DNA from: Sulfurospirillum sp. | GTDB taxonomy: Bacteria > Campylobacterota > Campylobacteria > Campylobacterales > Sulfurospirillaceae | Direction of reading: 5' to 3' | NCBI GenBank assembly: GCA_045047115.1 | Contig: JASFYR010000010.1 | Span: 32,001-96,000, forward strand | DNA: 64,000 nt | In this document: positions 17,891 to 31,700 of the stretch, piece by piece | How positions within the stretch are numbered: the first letter of the stretch is position 1 | Layout of the letters: each line of letters opens with the position of its first letter | Made by a program: the position numbers and the translations under genes | Notes under the pieces: generated by a model | The model's input: only the letters and a program-made list of their open reading frames with translations | Databases searched by the model: none | Told to the model about the DNA's origin: nothing

Positions 17891-19929
17891 ATCTTCTCAA
17901 CAAATGATGCCAGTATATCTCTCTTTGTGCCACTAAAATTAATCTTTAGTTTAAACTCTCTTTTAACTTTGCTTATCTCAAAAATTCTTCCTATTCCAAA
18001 AATTTTGTGCTTAACCAAATCACCCTTTTTAAAAGCCGTAGTCTTTTCGAGTATCAGACTTCCCTTGCAAACTCCAGCCTCTTTGAGAAATCTACTCTTT
18101 TTAAGCTCCGCTCTTCTTCCTTTATAAAAACGACTACCTGCATAACTGAGTGTCAACTCTCTTTTCGCTCTGGTAATCGCTACATATCCGAGTCTTCTCT
18201 CCTCCTCTATATCGCTTCCATCACCTATTAACGGAAAAAATCCCTCTTCCAAACCCATCACAAAAAGATACTCAAACTCGAGCCCTTTGCTGGCATGTAT
18301 ACTCATGATTGATATATGTTCATTGTCTATCTGATCTTGATCACTTTGAAGAGCTAAATCATTTAAAAAACCGTCCACACTAACACCTGGATTTTGCTTG
18401 ATAAAATCTCGATAAAGTCCATAAAATTCATCTATATTTGAGACGCGATCTAGTGCATCCGGCATAGATGAGTAGTAGTCTCTTATCTTAAATGCCTCTT
18501 CTAGTTCATATATAAAATCATAAGAGTTATCGACACTCAATTCTTTGAGTCTTTGCAAATCATCTATGAATTTCTCCAAAGCTATAAAACTCTTTTTGCT
18601 TGTTATGCCTCTTACCTCATCTATATGAGTAGTGATATACTCATACATAGACATTTTGTTTTCATAGGCTGCTTTTTGAATCTTATTTATTGTAACATTT
18701 CCTAAACCTCTTTTAGGTTTATTTATCACTCTTTTCATCGAAAAATCATCGTGTACATTGGCTATGATTCTGAGATAACTGATGAGATCTTTTATCTCAG
18801 CCCTTTCATAAAACTTGACTCCTCCAACCATATTGTAAGAAATGCCCTCTTTGTTCAAACCCTCCTCCAAGGATCGACTAAGTGCATTTATCCTGTATAA
18901 AACCGCTATATTTTTTGCATCAACTCCACTTTGTATGAGTTTTTTTATCTTTCTTGCTATCGTCTGAGACTCATAGTTTTCATCGCTTGAGCTTATAAAT
19001 TCTATCTCTTTACCATCACCAAAAACACTTACTAGGTTTTTTCCTATCCTCTCTCTGTTGTGGTCTATAAGATCATTTGCTGATTTTAGGATTTGGTTTG
19101 TGGATCTGTAATTTTTCTCTAATTTTATAATTTTAACATCATCAAAAGAGTTATGAAATTCTAATATATTTTTGATATTTGCACCACGCCACCCATATAT
19201 ACTCTGGTCATCATCGCCGACTACGCACAGGTTGTTATGAGCAGAGCAAAGTTTTCTTAAAAGTCTATATTGGAGTTCGTTTGTGTCTTGGTACTCATCA
19301 ACCATAATATATCTGTATCTTTGGCTTGTTTTAGAGCATAGCTCATCGTCCTGTTCCAAAATTTTATATGTAAGAACCAGCAGATCATCAAAATCTACAA
19401 GATTGTTGTTAAGTATATAATTCTCATACTGTTCATATAATTTTGCTATGGCTTTATACTCTTTTTTCTCAGCCTTTCTGAAAACCTCCTCAGGTGAGAT
19501 AAGTGAGTTTTTATATCTTGATATCTCGTTTGCCACCAAAGATACAGGCATATCGCCTCCAAAACTCTTTATAATTCTTTTCTTGTCATCTGTGTCAATT
19601 ACGACAAAACCGTTGTTGCGATTTAGTTTGTCTATATGAAACTTCAAAAACAGCAGTCCAAACTTGTGAAATGTACAAAGCAGAGGCGGATAACTCACAT
19701 TTTCTATCAAATCAAGGGCCCGATCTCTCATCTCACTAGCTGCTTTATTGGTAAAGGTTAGAGTCAAGATATTCACCGGATCTATACCCAAAGATATAAG
19801 ATAAGCTACCCTGGAAGTTATGGTTTTTGTCTTGCCGCTTCCTGCACCTGCAAGTATAAGTAAAGGACCGTCTATATGACAGGCTGCCTCTCTTTGGTTT
19901 TCATTTAATTCACTTAATATTTTATCCAT
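17887..19929 (-). CDS. uvrD: UvrD/Rep/PcrA family DNA helicase
   Basis: AGAGSGKT, VDEYQD, VGDDDQSIYGWRGA, NYRS, HASKGLEF, EERRLGYVAITRA motifs. Confidence 0.93.
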   Translation of the reverse strand: MDKILSELNENQREAACHIDGPLLILAGAGSGKTKTITSRVAYLISLGIDPVNILTLTFTNKAASEMRDRALDLIENVSYPPLLCTFHKFGLLFLKFHIDKLNRNNGFVVIDTDDKKRIIKSFGGDMPVSLVANEISRYKNSLISPEEVFRKAEKKEYKAIAKLYEQYENYILNNNLVDFDDLLVLTYKILEQDDELCSKTSQRYRYIMVDEYQDTNELQYRLLRKLCSAHNNLCVVGDDDQSIYGWRGANIKNILEFHNSFDDVKIIKLEKNYRSTNQILKSANDLIDHNRERIGKNLVSVFGDGKEIEFISSSDENYESQTIARKIKKLIQSGVDAKNIAVLYRINALSRSLEEGLNKEGISYNMVGGVKFYERAEIKDLISYLRIIANVHDDFSMKRVINKPKRGLGNVTINKIQKAAYENKMSMYEYITTHIDEVRGITSKKSFIALEKFIDDLQRLKELSVDNSYDFIYELEEAFKIRDYYSSMPDALDRVSNIDEFYGLYRDFIKQNPGVSVDGFLNDLALQSDQDQIDNEHISIMSIHASKGLEFEYLFVMGLEEGFFPLIGDGSDIEEERRLGYVAITRAKRELTLSYAGSRFYKGRRAELKKSRFLKEAGVCKGSLILEKTTAFKKGDLVKHKIFGIGRIFEISKVKREFKLKINFSGTKRDILASFVEKI

Positions 19930-20067
19930 TCTGCACTTTCACACTATAATTTGTTTTTATTATATCAAAAAATGCTTTAATCGTGCAAATATTTAAGAAA
20001 TAGCTATTGTATAAATTATTATTTTTAGTTATAATTATAAAATTACTTGAAAAAACTAGGAGATTTT

Positions 20068-20967
20068 ATGCTAAAAGATTTTACAAAAATAGAGACATTT
20101 TTAACTGTTGTAAGAGAAAAAAGCTTCTCAAGGGCTTCAAAAAAACTGGGCATCAGCCAACCGGCAGTCACACAACAAATAAAACTTTTAGAGGATTATA
20201 TAGAAGATAAGATAGTTGACAGAAAGAAAAATGGTATAAGACTCACCAAAACCGGAGAAGAGCTACACAAAATCGCACTCAAGCTTGATAAGTGTATAAA
20301 CAACTCCGAAAAAGAAATGCTAAAACTTATAAACAAAGATATAATCTTTATACTTGGTGCCTCTTTTATGGTTGGGAACTATATATTACCCGGATTTTTA
20401 AACAAAATCAAAGAAGAGATCAAGAACGATGTGATGCTTCAAATCGATGACTCCCAAAAGATAACTGAAGAACTGTTGGACAGAAAAGTAGATTTTGCAA
20501 TTTTGGAACATCCTGTTTTTAGAGATGATATCATCTTTAGAGAGTGGCTTGAAGACGAGTTGTTTCTTGTCAGTAAATCGCCTCTTCCAAAGTATGTCAA
20601 ACCTGAAGATCTCTATGATTTCCACTGGATCTGCAGAGAAGAGAGCTCGCACACCAGAAAAATTATCCAAGAAGCTTTTGATGCGATGGGAATTGATTGT
20701 AAATCGTTTGATTTAAGAAGTATTGTAACAAGTTCAACTGCTGTCAAGCAGATGATTTTAAAAACACCAAGCGAAGATGTCCCCACAGTATCAATTATCT
20801 CAAGACACATAATAAAAGACGAACTTGAAAATGGTCAACTCTACTGCGCAAGAATAAAAGGTTTTAAACTTTCTCGCACACTTTATATAGCCTACCTAAA
20901 AGAGAAAAAGCATGATGCGATGATAGATGCAATCATCTCTTTTTTGATGAATAAAAGAAGGCTATAA
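20068..20967 (+). CDS. LysR family transcriptional regulator
   Basis: SFSRASKKLGISQPAVTQQIK HTH. ATG 20068 follows AGGAG; the ORF track gives 20047. Confidence 0.95.
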   Translation: MLKDFTKIETFLTVVREKSFSRASKKLGISQPAVTQQIKLLEDYIEDKIVDRKKNGIRLTKTGEELHKIALKLDKCINNSEKEMLKLINKDIIFILGASFMVGNYILPGFLNKIKEEIKNDVMLQIDDSQKITEELLDRKVDFAILEHPVFRDDIIFREWLEDELFLVSKSPLPKYVKPEDLYDFHWICREESSHTRKIIQEAFDAMGIDCKSFDLRSIVTSSTAVKQMILKTPSEDVPTVSIISRHIIKDELENGQLYCARIKGFKLSRTLYIAYLKEKKHDAMIDAIISFLMNKRRL

Positions 20968-21167
20968 GTACCTAGCCATAAAGAACCCCAACTATCAGTT
21001 ACATAAAAAAGCGACTGATATGAGGCAAAAACTCGAAGTTGCACTTGTTGTGCTTCAAGAGTTTTTAACAAAGCAGTAGTTGCTTTTTTATGTAACCCTT
21101 CGGGCGTTAAGGAAATAGCCCTGTTGCTTCGTAAGATTTTCTTGAATTAGCTATGGCTAGGTACTTA
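20965..21167. mobile_element. MITE-like non-autonomous palindromic element (203 bp)
   Basis: Perfect 16-bp terminal inverted repeats TAAGTACCTAGCCATA (20965-20980) / TATGGCTAGGTACTTA (21152-21167) with TA at both ends; inner 19-bp inverted repeat 20998-21016 / 21078-21096; no ORF. Confidence 0.7.
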
Positions 21168-21633
21168 GTTTCTCCGGATCATCTTTTAATAATTTTTTAT
21201 TCTCAGGATTTAAAAGTAGAGCTTCCATAGACTTTTTCACACCCTTTTTCCTGACTTTTTTTGACTTATTGTTCACAGGAATACTCAGATTTATAAAAAT
21301 TGGAGTATCTTCAACTATAATTTGCAAAATACCAAGTAGTGGCACACTGACCAAAGAGCCATAATTATCAGCCCCAAATCCGGCTTCAAAACTCAAGGTT
21401 TCACCATCTATTAAAGCGCTCTCATATGTATATCCAGCCAAAACGAACATAGTTATTGGCTTAAAAGTATCTCTTATATCATTTGGCAATGAGGGCTCAA
21501 AATCAACTTCTGCTATATTCGTCAAAATGGCAAAATTTATATTTTTATCCAGTAAATACTCAAGTATATCTTGAATATGTCCGCTCATAATATCACAAAA
21601 TTTTTCATCACTCAAAGCTTGATGCAACATCAA
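21157..21633 (-). CDS. Hypothetical protein
   Basis: 158-aa ORF coupled to the pabC-like gene; no family recognised. Confidence 0.75.
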   Translation of the reverse strand: MMLHQALSDEKFCDIMSGHIQDILEYLLDKNINFAILTNIAEVDFEPSLPNDIRDTFKPITMFVLAGYTYESALIDGETLSFEAGFGADNYGSLVSVPLLGILQIIVEDTPIFINLSIPVNNKSKKVRKKGVKKSMEALLLNPENKKLLKDDPEKLST

Positions 21634-22213
21634 AAACTCCTTTATTTACCTCTTTAAAGCCTATCAAAGCGTTCATTATAGCAAAATTTGATGATTTTTT
21701 TAAATCATTGATATCCAAATCCGCTTTTTTCAAAAAACCTTTATCCAAAAGTCTCTCTCTTGCAGTTCCTCTTAAAAGCGGTTTTTCAGGAGTGTACCAA
21801 GCATTATTTAATTTGACAGCTATATTTGCAATACTTGTATCTTTCAGCATCCCCTTGTCACATAAAATAATATCATCATATTTGCAAAAACTTTTTTTCA
21901 ATAGATTTATCTCATCTCTTTTCTCATATTTAAAATCATACACCATGCTGCTTTGAACCAACACAAAATGTCTAAAATCTTTGATTTGTATATTTTGATA
22001 CTCTACTTTTAAAATTGTTTTATTATAAATAACTCTTATCTTTAATCTTCTATTTTTAGGCGGAATTATATATCTATCCAAACTGATATTTGAACTGTCG
22101 CCAAATAAAACTCTTCTTGTTTCATCAAACCTTTTTTGATGATAATCCAAATTTTGAATTTTATCATTTTCATAAAGCATTGTTTCAAGACATGGGGATA
22201 TAAATTTTTTCAC
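21608..22213 (-). CDS. Aminotransferase class IV / 4-amino-4-deoxychorismate lyase-like
   Basis: LETM...NLDYHQKR, DTSIANI, WYTP..PLLRGTAR, NALIG; follows pabB. Start uncertain (GTG 22213, ATG 22180 or ORF-track 22243). Confidence 0.85.
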   Translation of the reverse strand: MKKFISPCLETMLYENDKIQNLDYHQKRFDETRRVLFGDSSNISLDRYIIPPKNRRLKIRVIYNKTILKVEYQNIQIKDFRHFVLVQSSMVYDFKYEKRDEINLLKKSFCKYDDIILCDKGMLKDTSIANIAVKLNNAWYTPEKPLLRGTARERLLDKGFLKKADLDINDLKKSSNFAIMNALIGFKEVNKGVFDVASSFE

Positions 22214-23144
22214 ACATCTCCTTGTACTCTTTTTTAGCATCACTTAAAAGCGTCACTCCTCCTCCGCTTTTATAAACAAAACCATCTTTGCACTTTTCTA
22301 TGTATCGTATCAAAACAGCACTGTCTAGATTTTCTCCGTCAAAGTAGCCAAAAACTCCTGTATAGAACCCTCTCTCATAGTCCTCTGTATCCTTTATGAT
22401 TTGTGTTGTCATCTTTTTTGGCGTACCCGTTATCGAACCTGCCGGCAAAAGTGTAGCCAGGATATCGCCTATCCTGCTTTGCCAGCCAAACTCCATCTTC
22501 CCTGTTATCTTAGAGCTAACCTGTAAAAGTTCTCTCTTCCCAGCTTTTATCTTCTCTACATATCTATACTTTTTGACTCTAACCTTGCTGGCAACCATAG
22601 ATATATCATTTCTAAGCAAATCAACAACCATCAAGTGTTCCGCTCTCTCTTTTTCATCTTTCAAAAGTCTCTCTTCTGCATTTTCTTTCTTGGCATCTAT
22701 CGTTCCTTTCATCGGGTGGGTCTCTATCTTGTTACCTTGTATTTTGATAAATCTCTCTGGAGAAAAGCATACAAATTTATCTTCAAGATAAAGCTTAAAT
22801 CTGGATTGTGAAGCATAGAAAATATCTTTTAAGTTTAAGTCATTATTTAATTTTGTTTGGAATGTTAAGTTTAAAAGATATGTGTTTCCCTCTTTGATCT
22901 CTTTGATGATCTTATCAAAGCTGTTTTTATACTTCGCAAAAGGTATATATACAGGTTTAAGAGAAAAATCTTTTTTTCTCAAAACAGGGTTTTTATAATT
23001 TGAAAAATCATCCATCTCAAACAAGAGTTTTTCTACCGGTAGAGTCTCTATGATATGCTCTTTACACTCAAAATCTACAACAAAAACAAATTTCTTTTTC
23101 AGACTGCCTAGATGATTGATTTTTTTTCTAAATTCATTTGCCAA
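22185..23144 (-). CDS. pabB: Aminodeoxychorismate synthase component I
   Basis: [39 protein letters not shown] chorismate-binding motifs. Confidence 0.9.
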   Translation of the reverse strand: MANEFRKKINHLGSLKKKFVFVVDFECKEHIIETLPVEKLLFEMDDFSNYKNPVLRKKDFSLKPVYIPFAKYKNSFDKIIKEIKEGNTYLLNLTFQTKLNNDLNLKDIFYASQSRFKLYLEDKFVCFSPERFIKIQGNKIETHPMKGTIDAKKENAEERLLKDEKERAEHLMVVDLLRNDISMVASKVRVKKYRYVEKIKAGKRELLQVSSKITGKMEFGWQSRIGDILATLLPAGSITGTPKKMTTQIIKDTEDYERGFYTGVFGYFDGENLDSAVLIRYIEKCKDGFVYKSGGGVTLLSDAKKEYKEMCEKIYIPMS

Positions 23145-24009
23145 TTAGTTTCTCCAAGACTGCCATCCTGAGAGCTACACCATTTTTAACCTGCTCCAAT
23201 ACTTTGCATCTTGGATCTTCCATCATCACATCATCTATATCAACATTTCTATGTACCGGTCCTGGATGCAGTAAAAGAATATCTCTATTACCCATCAAAT
23301 CAAGTGTTATACAAAAATCCTCAGCATAATCTTTTAGTGAAGCATATATCTGATTTGTATGCCTTTCAGTTTGAGTTCTAAGACTCATAATGATATCCAC
23401 ATCATCAATCACATCTCTTATACTGTGCGATACCCTTAGATCTGTTTTTGGCAGAAAATGTGGTGGTGCGACCAAAATAACCTCCAGTCCTGCCCTGTTC
23501 AGAAGTTCTATATTACTGTTTGCTACTCTGGAATTTTTGATATCTCCTATGATAGCTATCTTTTTTCCTTCTACTCTACCATTAAAGTGCTGCTTTATTG
23601 TAAAAAGATCGAGCAGTGCCTGCGTAGGATGCGCATGCGATCCATCTCCTCCATTGATCAAAGGGCACTTTACATGTTTTGAGAGTATGTGAGGAACTCC
23701 CGCTCTTTTGTGTCTAACTACGATGGCATCAGGGCCCATAGCATCAAGATTTGCCGCAGTATCGAGTAGAGTTTCTCCCTTACTGGAAGAGCTGTGAGAA
23801 ACATCAAGACTGACAACATTGGCTCCGAGTCTCTTTGCAGCTATCTCAAAACTGCTTCTTGTCCTGGTAGAGTTTTCAAAAAAGATAGTAATAATCATAC
23901 GATCTTTCAGTATCTCTCTTTGCCTGTTATCTAAAAAAACTTTTGCACGATTAAACAATTTATCTATCTCTGATAAAGAAAAATCTCTAGTGTTAATTAA
24001 ATGTTTCAC
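23134..24009 (-). CDS. pyrB: Aspartate carbamoyltransferase catalytic subunit
   Basis: [24 protein letters not shown] motifs. Confidence 0.97.
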   Translation of the reverse strand: MKHLINTRDFSLSEIDKLFNRAKVFLDNRQREILKDRMIITIFFENSTRTRSSFEIAAKRLGANVVSLDVSHSSSSKGETLLDTAANLDAMGPDAIVVRHKRAGVPHILSKHVKCPLINGGDGSHAHPTQALLDLFTIKQHFNGRVEGKKIAIIGDIKNSRVANSNIELLNRAGLEVILVAPPHFLPKTDLRVSHSIRDVIDDVDIIMSLRTQTERHTNQIYASLKDYAEDFCITLDLMGNRDILLLHPGPVHRNVDIDDVMMEDPRCKVLEQVKNGVALRMAVLEKLIGK

Positions 24010-24086
24010 ATTCTATTCCTATTTAAGATAAGTAACCATATGTTAACAAATTTTAGGTACAATAACCATAAAAAAGGAGAAAAATC

Positions 24087-24596
24087 ATGAAAAAAATATT
24101 AATATTTATCTGTTCTGTTACATTAAGCGCTTCTTTATATGCCGATACCATATCATACAATGATACTGTAAGAGTTATCAAGAGTACACCCGAATATAGA
24201 ACAGTCACTACCAGAACTCCATATCAAGAGTGTTGGGACGAACAAGTACCGGTCAGTTCAAACAGCAATACCGGAAACGACAACATAGGTGCTCTTATAG
24301 GTGGAGTTGCCGGGGGAATCTTAGGACATCAAGTCGGAGGCGGAAGCGGAAAAACAGCCGCAACTGTTGGTGGAGCGATAATCGGAACACTTGTCGGTAA
24401 AAATTTATCAGGAAACCAAAATCAAGGCACAACCTCTTATCAGACACAAAGAAAATGTGTCACCAAATATGAAGAGAGATCAAGTGAAAAATTTGTAGGC
24501 TATAAAAATATAGCGAACTACAGAGGCAAAACCATAGTCAAATACAGCGATAGACCACTTCATAGGATAAGATTACATGTCAGCGTAAGCTACTGA
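24087..24596 (+). CDS. Glycine zipper 2TM domain secreted protein (YcfJ-like)
   Basis: Signal peptide, ECWDE, GALIGGVAGGILGHQVGGGSGK..ATVGGAIIG. Confidence 0.88.
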   Translation: MKKILIFICSVTLSASLYADTISYNDTVRVIKSTPEYRTVTTRTPYQECWDEQVPVSSNSNTGNDNIGALIGGVAGGILGHQVGGGSGKTAATVGGAIIGTLVGKNLSGNQNQGTTSYQTQRKCVTKYEERSSEKFVGYKNIANYRGKTIVKYSDRPLHRIRLHVSVSY

Positions 24597-25214
24597 GTAT
24601 CTCATCAAGATTATCTTGCAAAGTTAAAATCCTGCCAAATTTATCTCTATAGTATGGCAGGGTTGTTTCAGAAAAACTCTTCTCATCCCTTACATTTATA
24701 CACCACTCATGCTCTATATCTAAACTCTCCAAGAGTCTCAAATTTAACAGTGTATCGTTGATACAGCCAAGTTTTGAGTGAGTCACCAAAAGAATTTTTG
24801 CATTGAAAAGTTTTGCAAAATCATACATATAAAAATCCTCTTCAACAGGCACCATCAGTCCTCCTGCCCCCTCAATCAAAACTATATCACTCGCCTGTGA
24901 GATTTTTTCATAAGCCTTGGTTATGAGTTCAAAATCTATATTCTCACCACACCTGGAGACATAAGGAGCCGCCGGAAGCCCAAATTGCACAGGAACTATA
25001 TCTCTATATGTAAAGCTTTTGAGTTCAGGATTAAACTTCTGTGCACTATGGAGTAAAAGTTTACCATCAGCAGGATATTTACCCACTCCTGTCTCTATGG
25101 GTTTTAAAACTCCAACTCTACTGCCCTGAAGTCCTAGCGCTTCTATTATTTTTAAAGTTGCATAAGTTTTACCTATATCAGTATTTGTCGCTGTTATAAA
25201 AATCGGTCTTTGTT

Positions 25215-25218
<4 letters not shown>
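24580..25218 (-). CDS. bioD: Dethiobiotin synthase
   Basis: ITATNTDIGKT, KPIETG, IEGAGG, LGCIN motifs. Confidence 0.95.
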
Positions 25219-27906
<2,688 letters not shown>

Positions 27907-27939
27907 TTAACTGTCCCCTTTTTACGGAAGTGAATTCCG

Positions 27940-27987
27940 CAAAAATTCCTCGCGACTGAAGCTACTGCTGACGCAGAGAAACTTACC
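27940..27987 (-). ncRNA. Candidate xanthine-I (NMT1 motif) riboswitch aptamer
   Basis: The 5'UTR reads GGUAAGUUUCUCU-GCGUCAGCAG-UAGCUUC-AGUCGCGAGG-AAUUUUUG. The core resembles my recollection of the NMT1 consensus, it lies upstream of a purine deaminase, and a hairpin abutting the RBS follows. Not checked with a covariance model. Confidence 0.55.
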
Positions 27988-28009
27988 AACTTAACCATCC
28001 TCGTGCTGT

Positions 28010-28018
28010 ATTATATCA
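28010..28018 (-). promoter_or_regulatory. Extended -10 promoter TGATATAAT for the deaminase operon
   Basis: Perfect TGnTATAAT about 100 nt upstream of the ATG at 27906. Confidence 0.6.
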
Positions 28019-28081
28019 TCTTCACAATCATTTCACTTTTAAGTTTTACAATTTCAACAATATAAACACAAGGAATTTAAA

Positions 28082-28615
28082 ATGAAAAAGATAACTTTAG
28101 GATTTGCAACATTTATTTTAGTAACACTTACAGCCCAAGCCGCCTCTTTTACAACAACCCAGTATGTAAAAGTACAAAAATCAAAAGCAAAGTATGAAAA
28201 TGTCATACGCAGAACACCCTATGAAGAGTGTTGGGACGAGAGAGTTCCTATTAAAAAAAACCACCACAGAAGAGATAGAAATTATGATGGTTTTGGCACT
28301 CTTATCGGTGGGGTAGCAGGAGGGATCATAGGAAATCAAGTAGGCAAAGGAAGAGGAAAAACAGTAGCAACTATAGGGGGAGCTTTGATTGGCTCACTCG
28401 TTGGAAACAATCTTTCTCACAGAAATTATGATAACAACTCATACTCATATACAACATATGAAACCAGAAGAAGATGCACCACACACTACAATGAAAGAAG
28501 AGAGAGAAAGTTTGTAGGATACAAAAACATCGGCTTCTTTAAAGGGAGAAAGATAGTAAAATGCTCATCTGAAAAACTGGATTATATACCAGTAACCATC
28601 ACTGTTGAATATTGA
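28082..28615 (+). CDS. Glycine zipper 2TM domain secreted protein (paralog of 24087-24596)
   Basis: Signal peptide, PYEECWDE, GTLIGGVAGGIIGNQVGKGRGK, KFVGYKNI shared with the paralog. Confidence 0.88.
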   Translation: MKKITLGFATFILVTLTAQAASFTTTQYVKVQKSKAKYENVIRRTPYEECWDERVPIKKNHHRRDRNYDGFGTLIGGVAGGIIGNQVGKGRGKTVATIGGALIGSLVGNNLSHRNYDNNSYSYTTYETRRRCTTHYNERRERKFVGYKNIGFFKGRKIVKCSSEKLDYIPVTITVEY

Positions 28616-28616
28616 C

Positions 28617-28644
28617 TTCTTGCCCCGCATCTGCGGGGCAAGAA
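28617..28644 (+). terminator. Strong GC-rich hairpin after the glycine zipper gene
   Basis: TTCTTGCCCCGCA-tc-TGCGGGGCAAGAA directly after the stop; no clear U-tract. Confidence 0.6.
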
Positions 28645-28756
28645 TCAAAATATGCATTTTATTAACAAATTTTAGATAAAATTCCTTTTTTATACAACCA
28701 CCAAAGAAGGACATAAAATTAAACGATTAATAAAATTTTTCTTAGACAATCCAAAG

Positions 28757-31700
28757 ATGAACTACACTCTGTTTATCTTGATAACTTTTCTTGGAATCTA
28801 CTCTTACATACAGACACCAAAAGAGATATTTCCCACATTTGATTTGGACAAAATCAGCATAAAAGGCTCTTATGCCGGTACCTCTATAGATATTATGGAT
28901 AAGATTGCTGTGCGAGAAATAGAAGATAGAGTCAAAGGCATAGAGGGTATAGACGATATGACTTCAGCTATCACTCCGGGATCATTCGTGATAGTTTTGG
29001 ATCTGGTTCAAGGCGTGAACAAATACAACATAGCAGACAAAGTTAAAGATGCTGTAGCAGATGCAAAACAGAATTTTCCAAACGATATGAATGATCCCAA
29101 AGTGACTGTATTAAATACTGTCAAATCTCTACTTACTCTCTCTATGTCATCAAACAAAAAGAGTCTCTCTCAACTAAAAGATATAGCAGACGATGTTAAA
29201 ACAAAAATTTTAGGCGTAAAAGATGTTTCTGATGTAACTATATATGGCAACTCTGATATGTACTACAACATACTCATAAATGAAAAAAAACTTGATGCAC
29301 TAAATATAAATAAGAGTGCTTTTTTATCAGCACTTGCAAATATATCGTATATCTTTCCTGTAGGCAAGATAGAAGGAGAAGGAAAACACTACTATATCTC
29401 AACATACAATGGGGCAAAAACCGCAAAAGAGATGAGTGATACTCCAATCTTGGCAAACGGGAAAAGGGTATATCTAGGAGATGTTGCTACTGTAGAAAAA
29501 AAGTATGAGAACTCAAGAACGCTCTCAACCATCAACACAAAACCTTCTTTAAATCTTGCAATCACTCAGGTTGAAGGGGGTAATGCTCTCGTAGCCACAA
29601 AAAACATAGAAAAGCTGATAAAATCTCTGCAAAAAGAGTATAAAAATATAACTTTTACCATCAACGATGATAGCTCTGATAGAATCAAAGACAGACTAAA
29701 TGTGGTGATTTCAAATATCTTTTTTGGTATCATACTTGTAACTCTGCTTTTAGCATTGCTGATAAATCCCAAAATGGCTCTTATCGTAGGTCTTGGAATT
29801 CCTACTTCATTTATCATGGCAGCCATATATTTTCATGCATTTGGATATACAATAAATATGATTTCTCTCATCGGAGTGCTTTTAGCCCTTGGAGTTTTAG
29901 TAGATGATGCCATAGTAGTGGCTGAAAGCATTCAACAGTATTTGGAAAAAGGATTTTCACCAAAAGAGGCGGCCCTTCGGGGAAGTAGTGATGTTGCAAA
30001 ACCAGTCATAATGGCTTCAATCACGACTCTATTTTCATTTATACCGATTTTGATGATAAGCGGCACTATGGGAGAGTTTATAAAGCTTATACCAATAGCT
30101 GTTTCTGCTCTGCTTGTGGCGTCCTTGATAGAGTCATTTGTATTTTTACCTCTTCATGCTGCACATATACTGGACAATAAAACAAAAGTTTTATCTTGGG
30201 AGAGACCAAACCGAATCTACAACTATATCATACACAAACTAATGAACTTTAGAAAAACTTTCTTGTTTGCTTTTTTAGTTTTAGTTCCGCTTTTCACAGT
30301 TATGGGTATCAAATCTTCAAGATTTCAAATGTTTCCAAAATTTGACGCCACAACTATGAGCATATCTCTAAAAGCAGATATAAATACACCTGCCGAAGAT
30401 ACTTACAAAAAAGTAAATACCATAGCTGACAAGCTGTACAAAAGCAGAGATAAATTTTTCATCAAAAATATCTCGACCATAGCGGGATATAGAAGAAATG
30501 CAGCGGGAAGCAGTGAAAACTACCCTTATGTTGCAAGTATCAATATAGAGCTTTACAAGTTAAAACCCAAAGATTTTGTAAACAGGTACATAACTCCAAA
30601 TCTAAGCCTATATTATGATAAAAGAGGCAGAATCAGAGATAAAACATCGCAAGAGATAGCAAAAGAGGTAAAAAACTTCTTAAAACAAAAAGGATTCAAG
30701 AAAAGACTACACCTTCAAGAGTTATTTATAAGTGAAAGAAGAGCCGGACCTGTCAAAACAGATGTAAAGATAGGCATCATCTCTAACAATACAGAAAAAA
30801 CAAAAAAGGCGATAAGCAAGATAGAGACTGCCTTGTCTAAGCTTAAAGGCATTAAAACTCTCACAGATAATGCACATGAAGGTATAGACGAAATAAAAAT
30901 AAAGCTAAACAGATATGGGGAGGATTTGGGACTTAGCGAAAGGTCACTCGGTGCAACACTCTCAAACTATTTCTTAGAGAAGAAAATTAGCACTGCACTT
31001 GATAGTAAAAACTTGCTGGACATCAAAGTACAAAGCGTAGCAAAAGATGAGATACAACGGCTCAAAAATATGAAAATTGATCTGGGTGACGGAAAAAAGA
31101 TAGCTCTAAATGAAGTTGCAGATTTCATTATCAACAGATCCTTTGAGAGAGTCAGTAAAGATTTTGGACAGAGAACATTTTATATATACGCAAATGTAAA
31201 TCCAAAACAACTCACGGGAAATGAAGCCATAGAGAAGATACAACCCATTTTAAATGAAGTAGAAAAAAATGGAGTAAAGATAAAACTTTTAGGTGAAAAA
31301 AAGAAAAATGCAGACTTGAAAAATGATATGATGAGTGCGACTTTTGTGGCAATGTTACTTATAATTTTAAGCCTTTTGTACCTTTTTAACTCTTTTAGAG
31401 ATACTTTTATCATAGCTTCTGTTATGCCATTCTCTTTTTTAGGCGTATTGATAGGTCACCATATCATGGGTTTAAACCTTAGTATGCCATCAATTATAGG
31501 AGCATTAGGACTTGCAGGAGTTGTTATAAACGATGGAATACTGATGGTTACATATCTGCAAAAGACAAAAACACTTGATCAGTTTTTTACAGAATCAAGC
31601 AAAAGATTAAGACCTATATTTTTAACTACAATAACTACACTTATAGGATTGTCAACTCTTATATTTTTCCCGACAGGACAGGCTGTTATATTTCAGCCTA

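Noticed and set aside
27940..27990. Purine (guanine/adenine) or ZMP/ZTP riboswitch
   Set aside because: It lacks the purine-riboswitch UUUCUACC core and three-way junction; the CGCGACTG resemblance to the ZMP motif is on the wrong strand.
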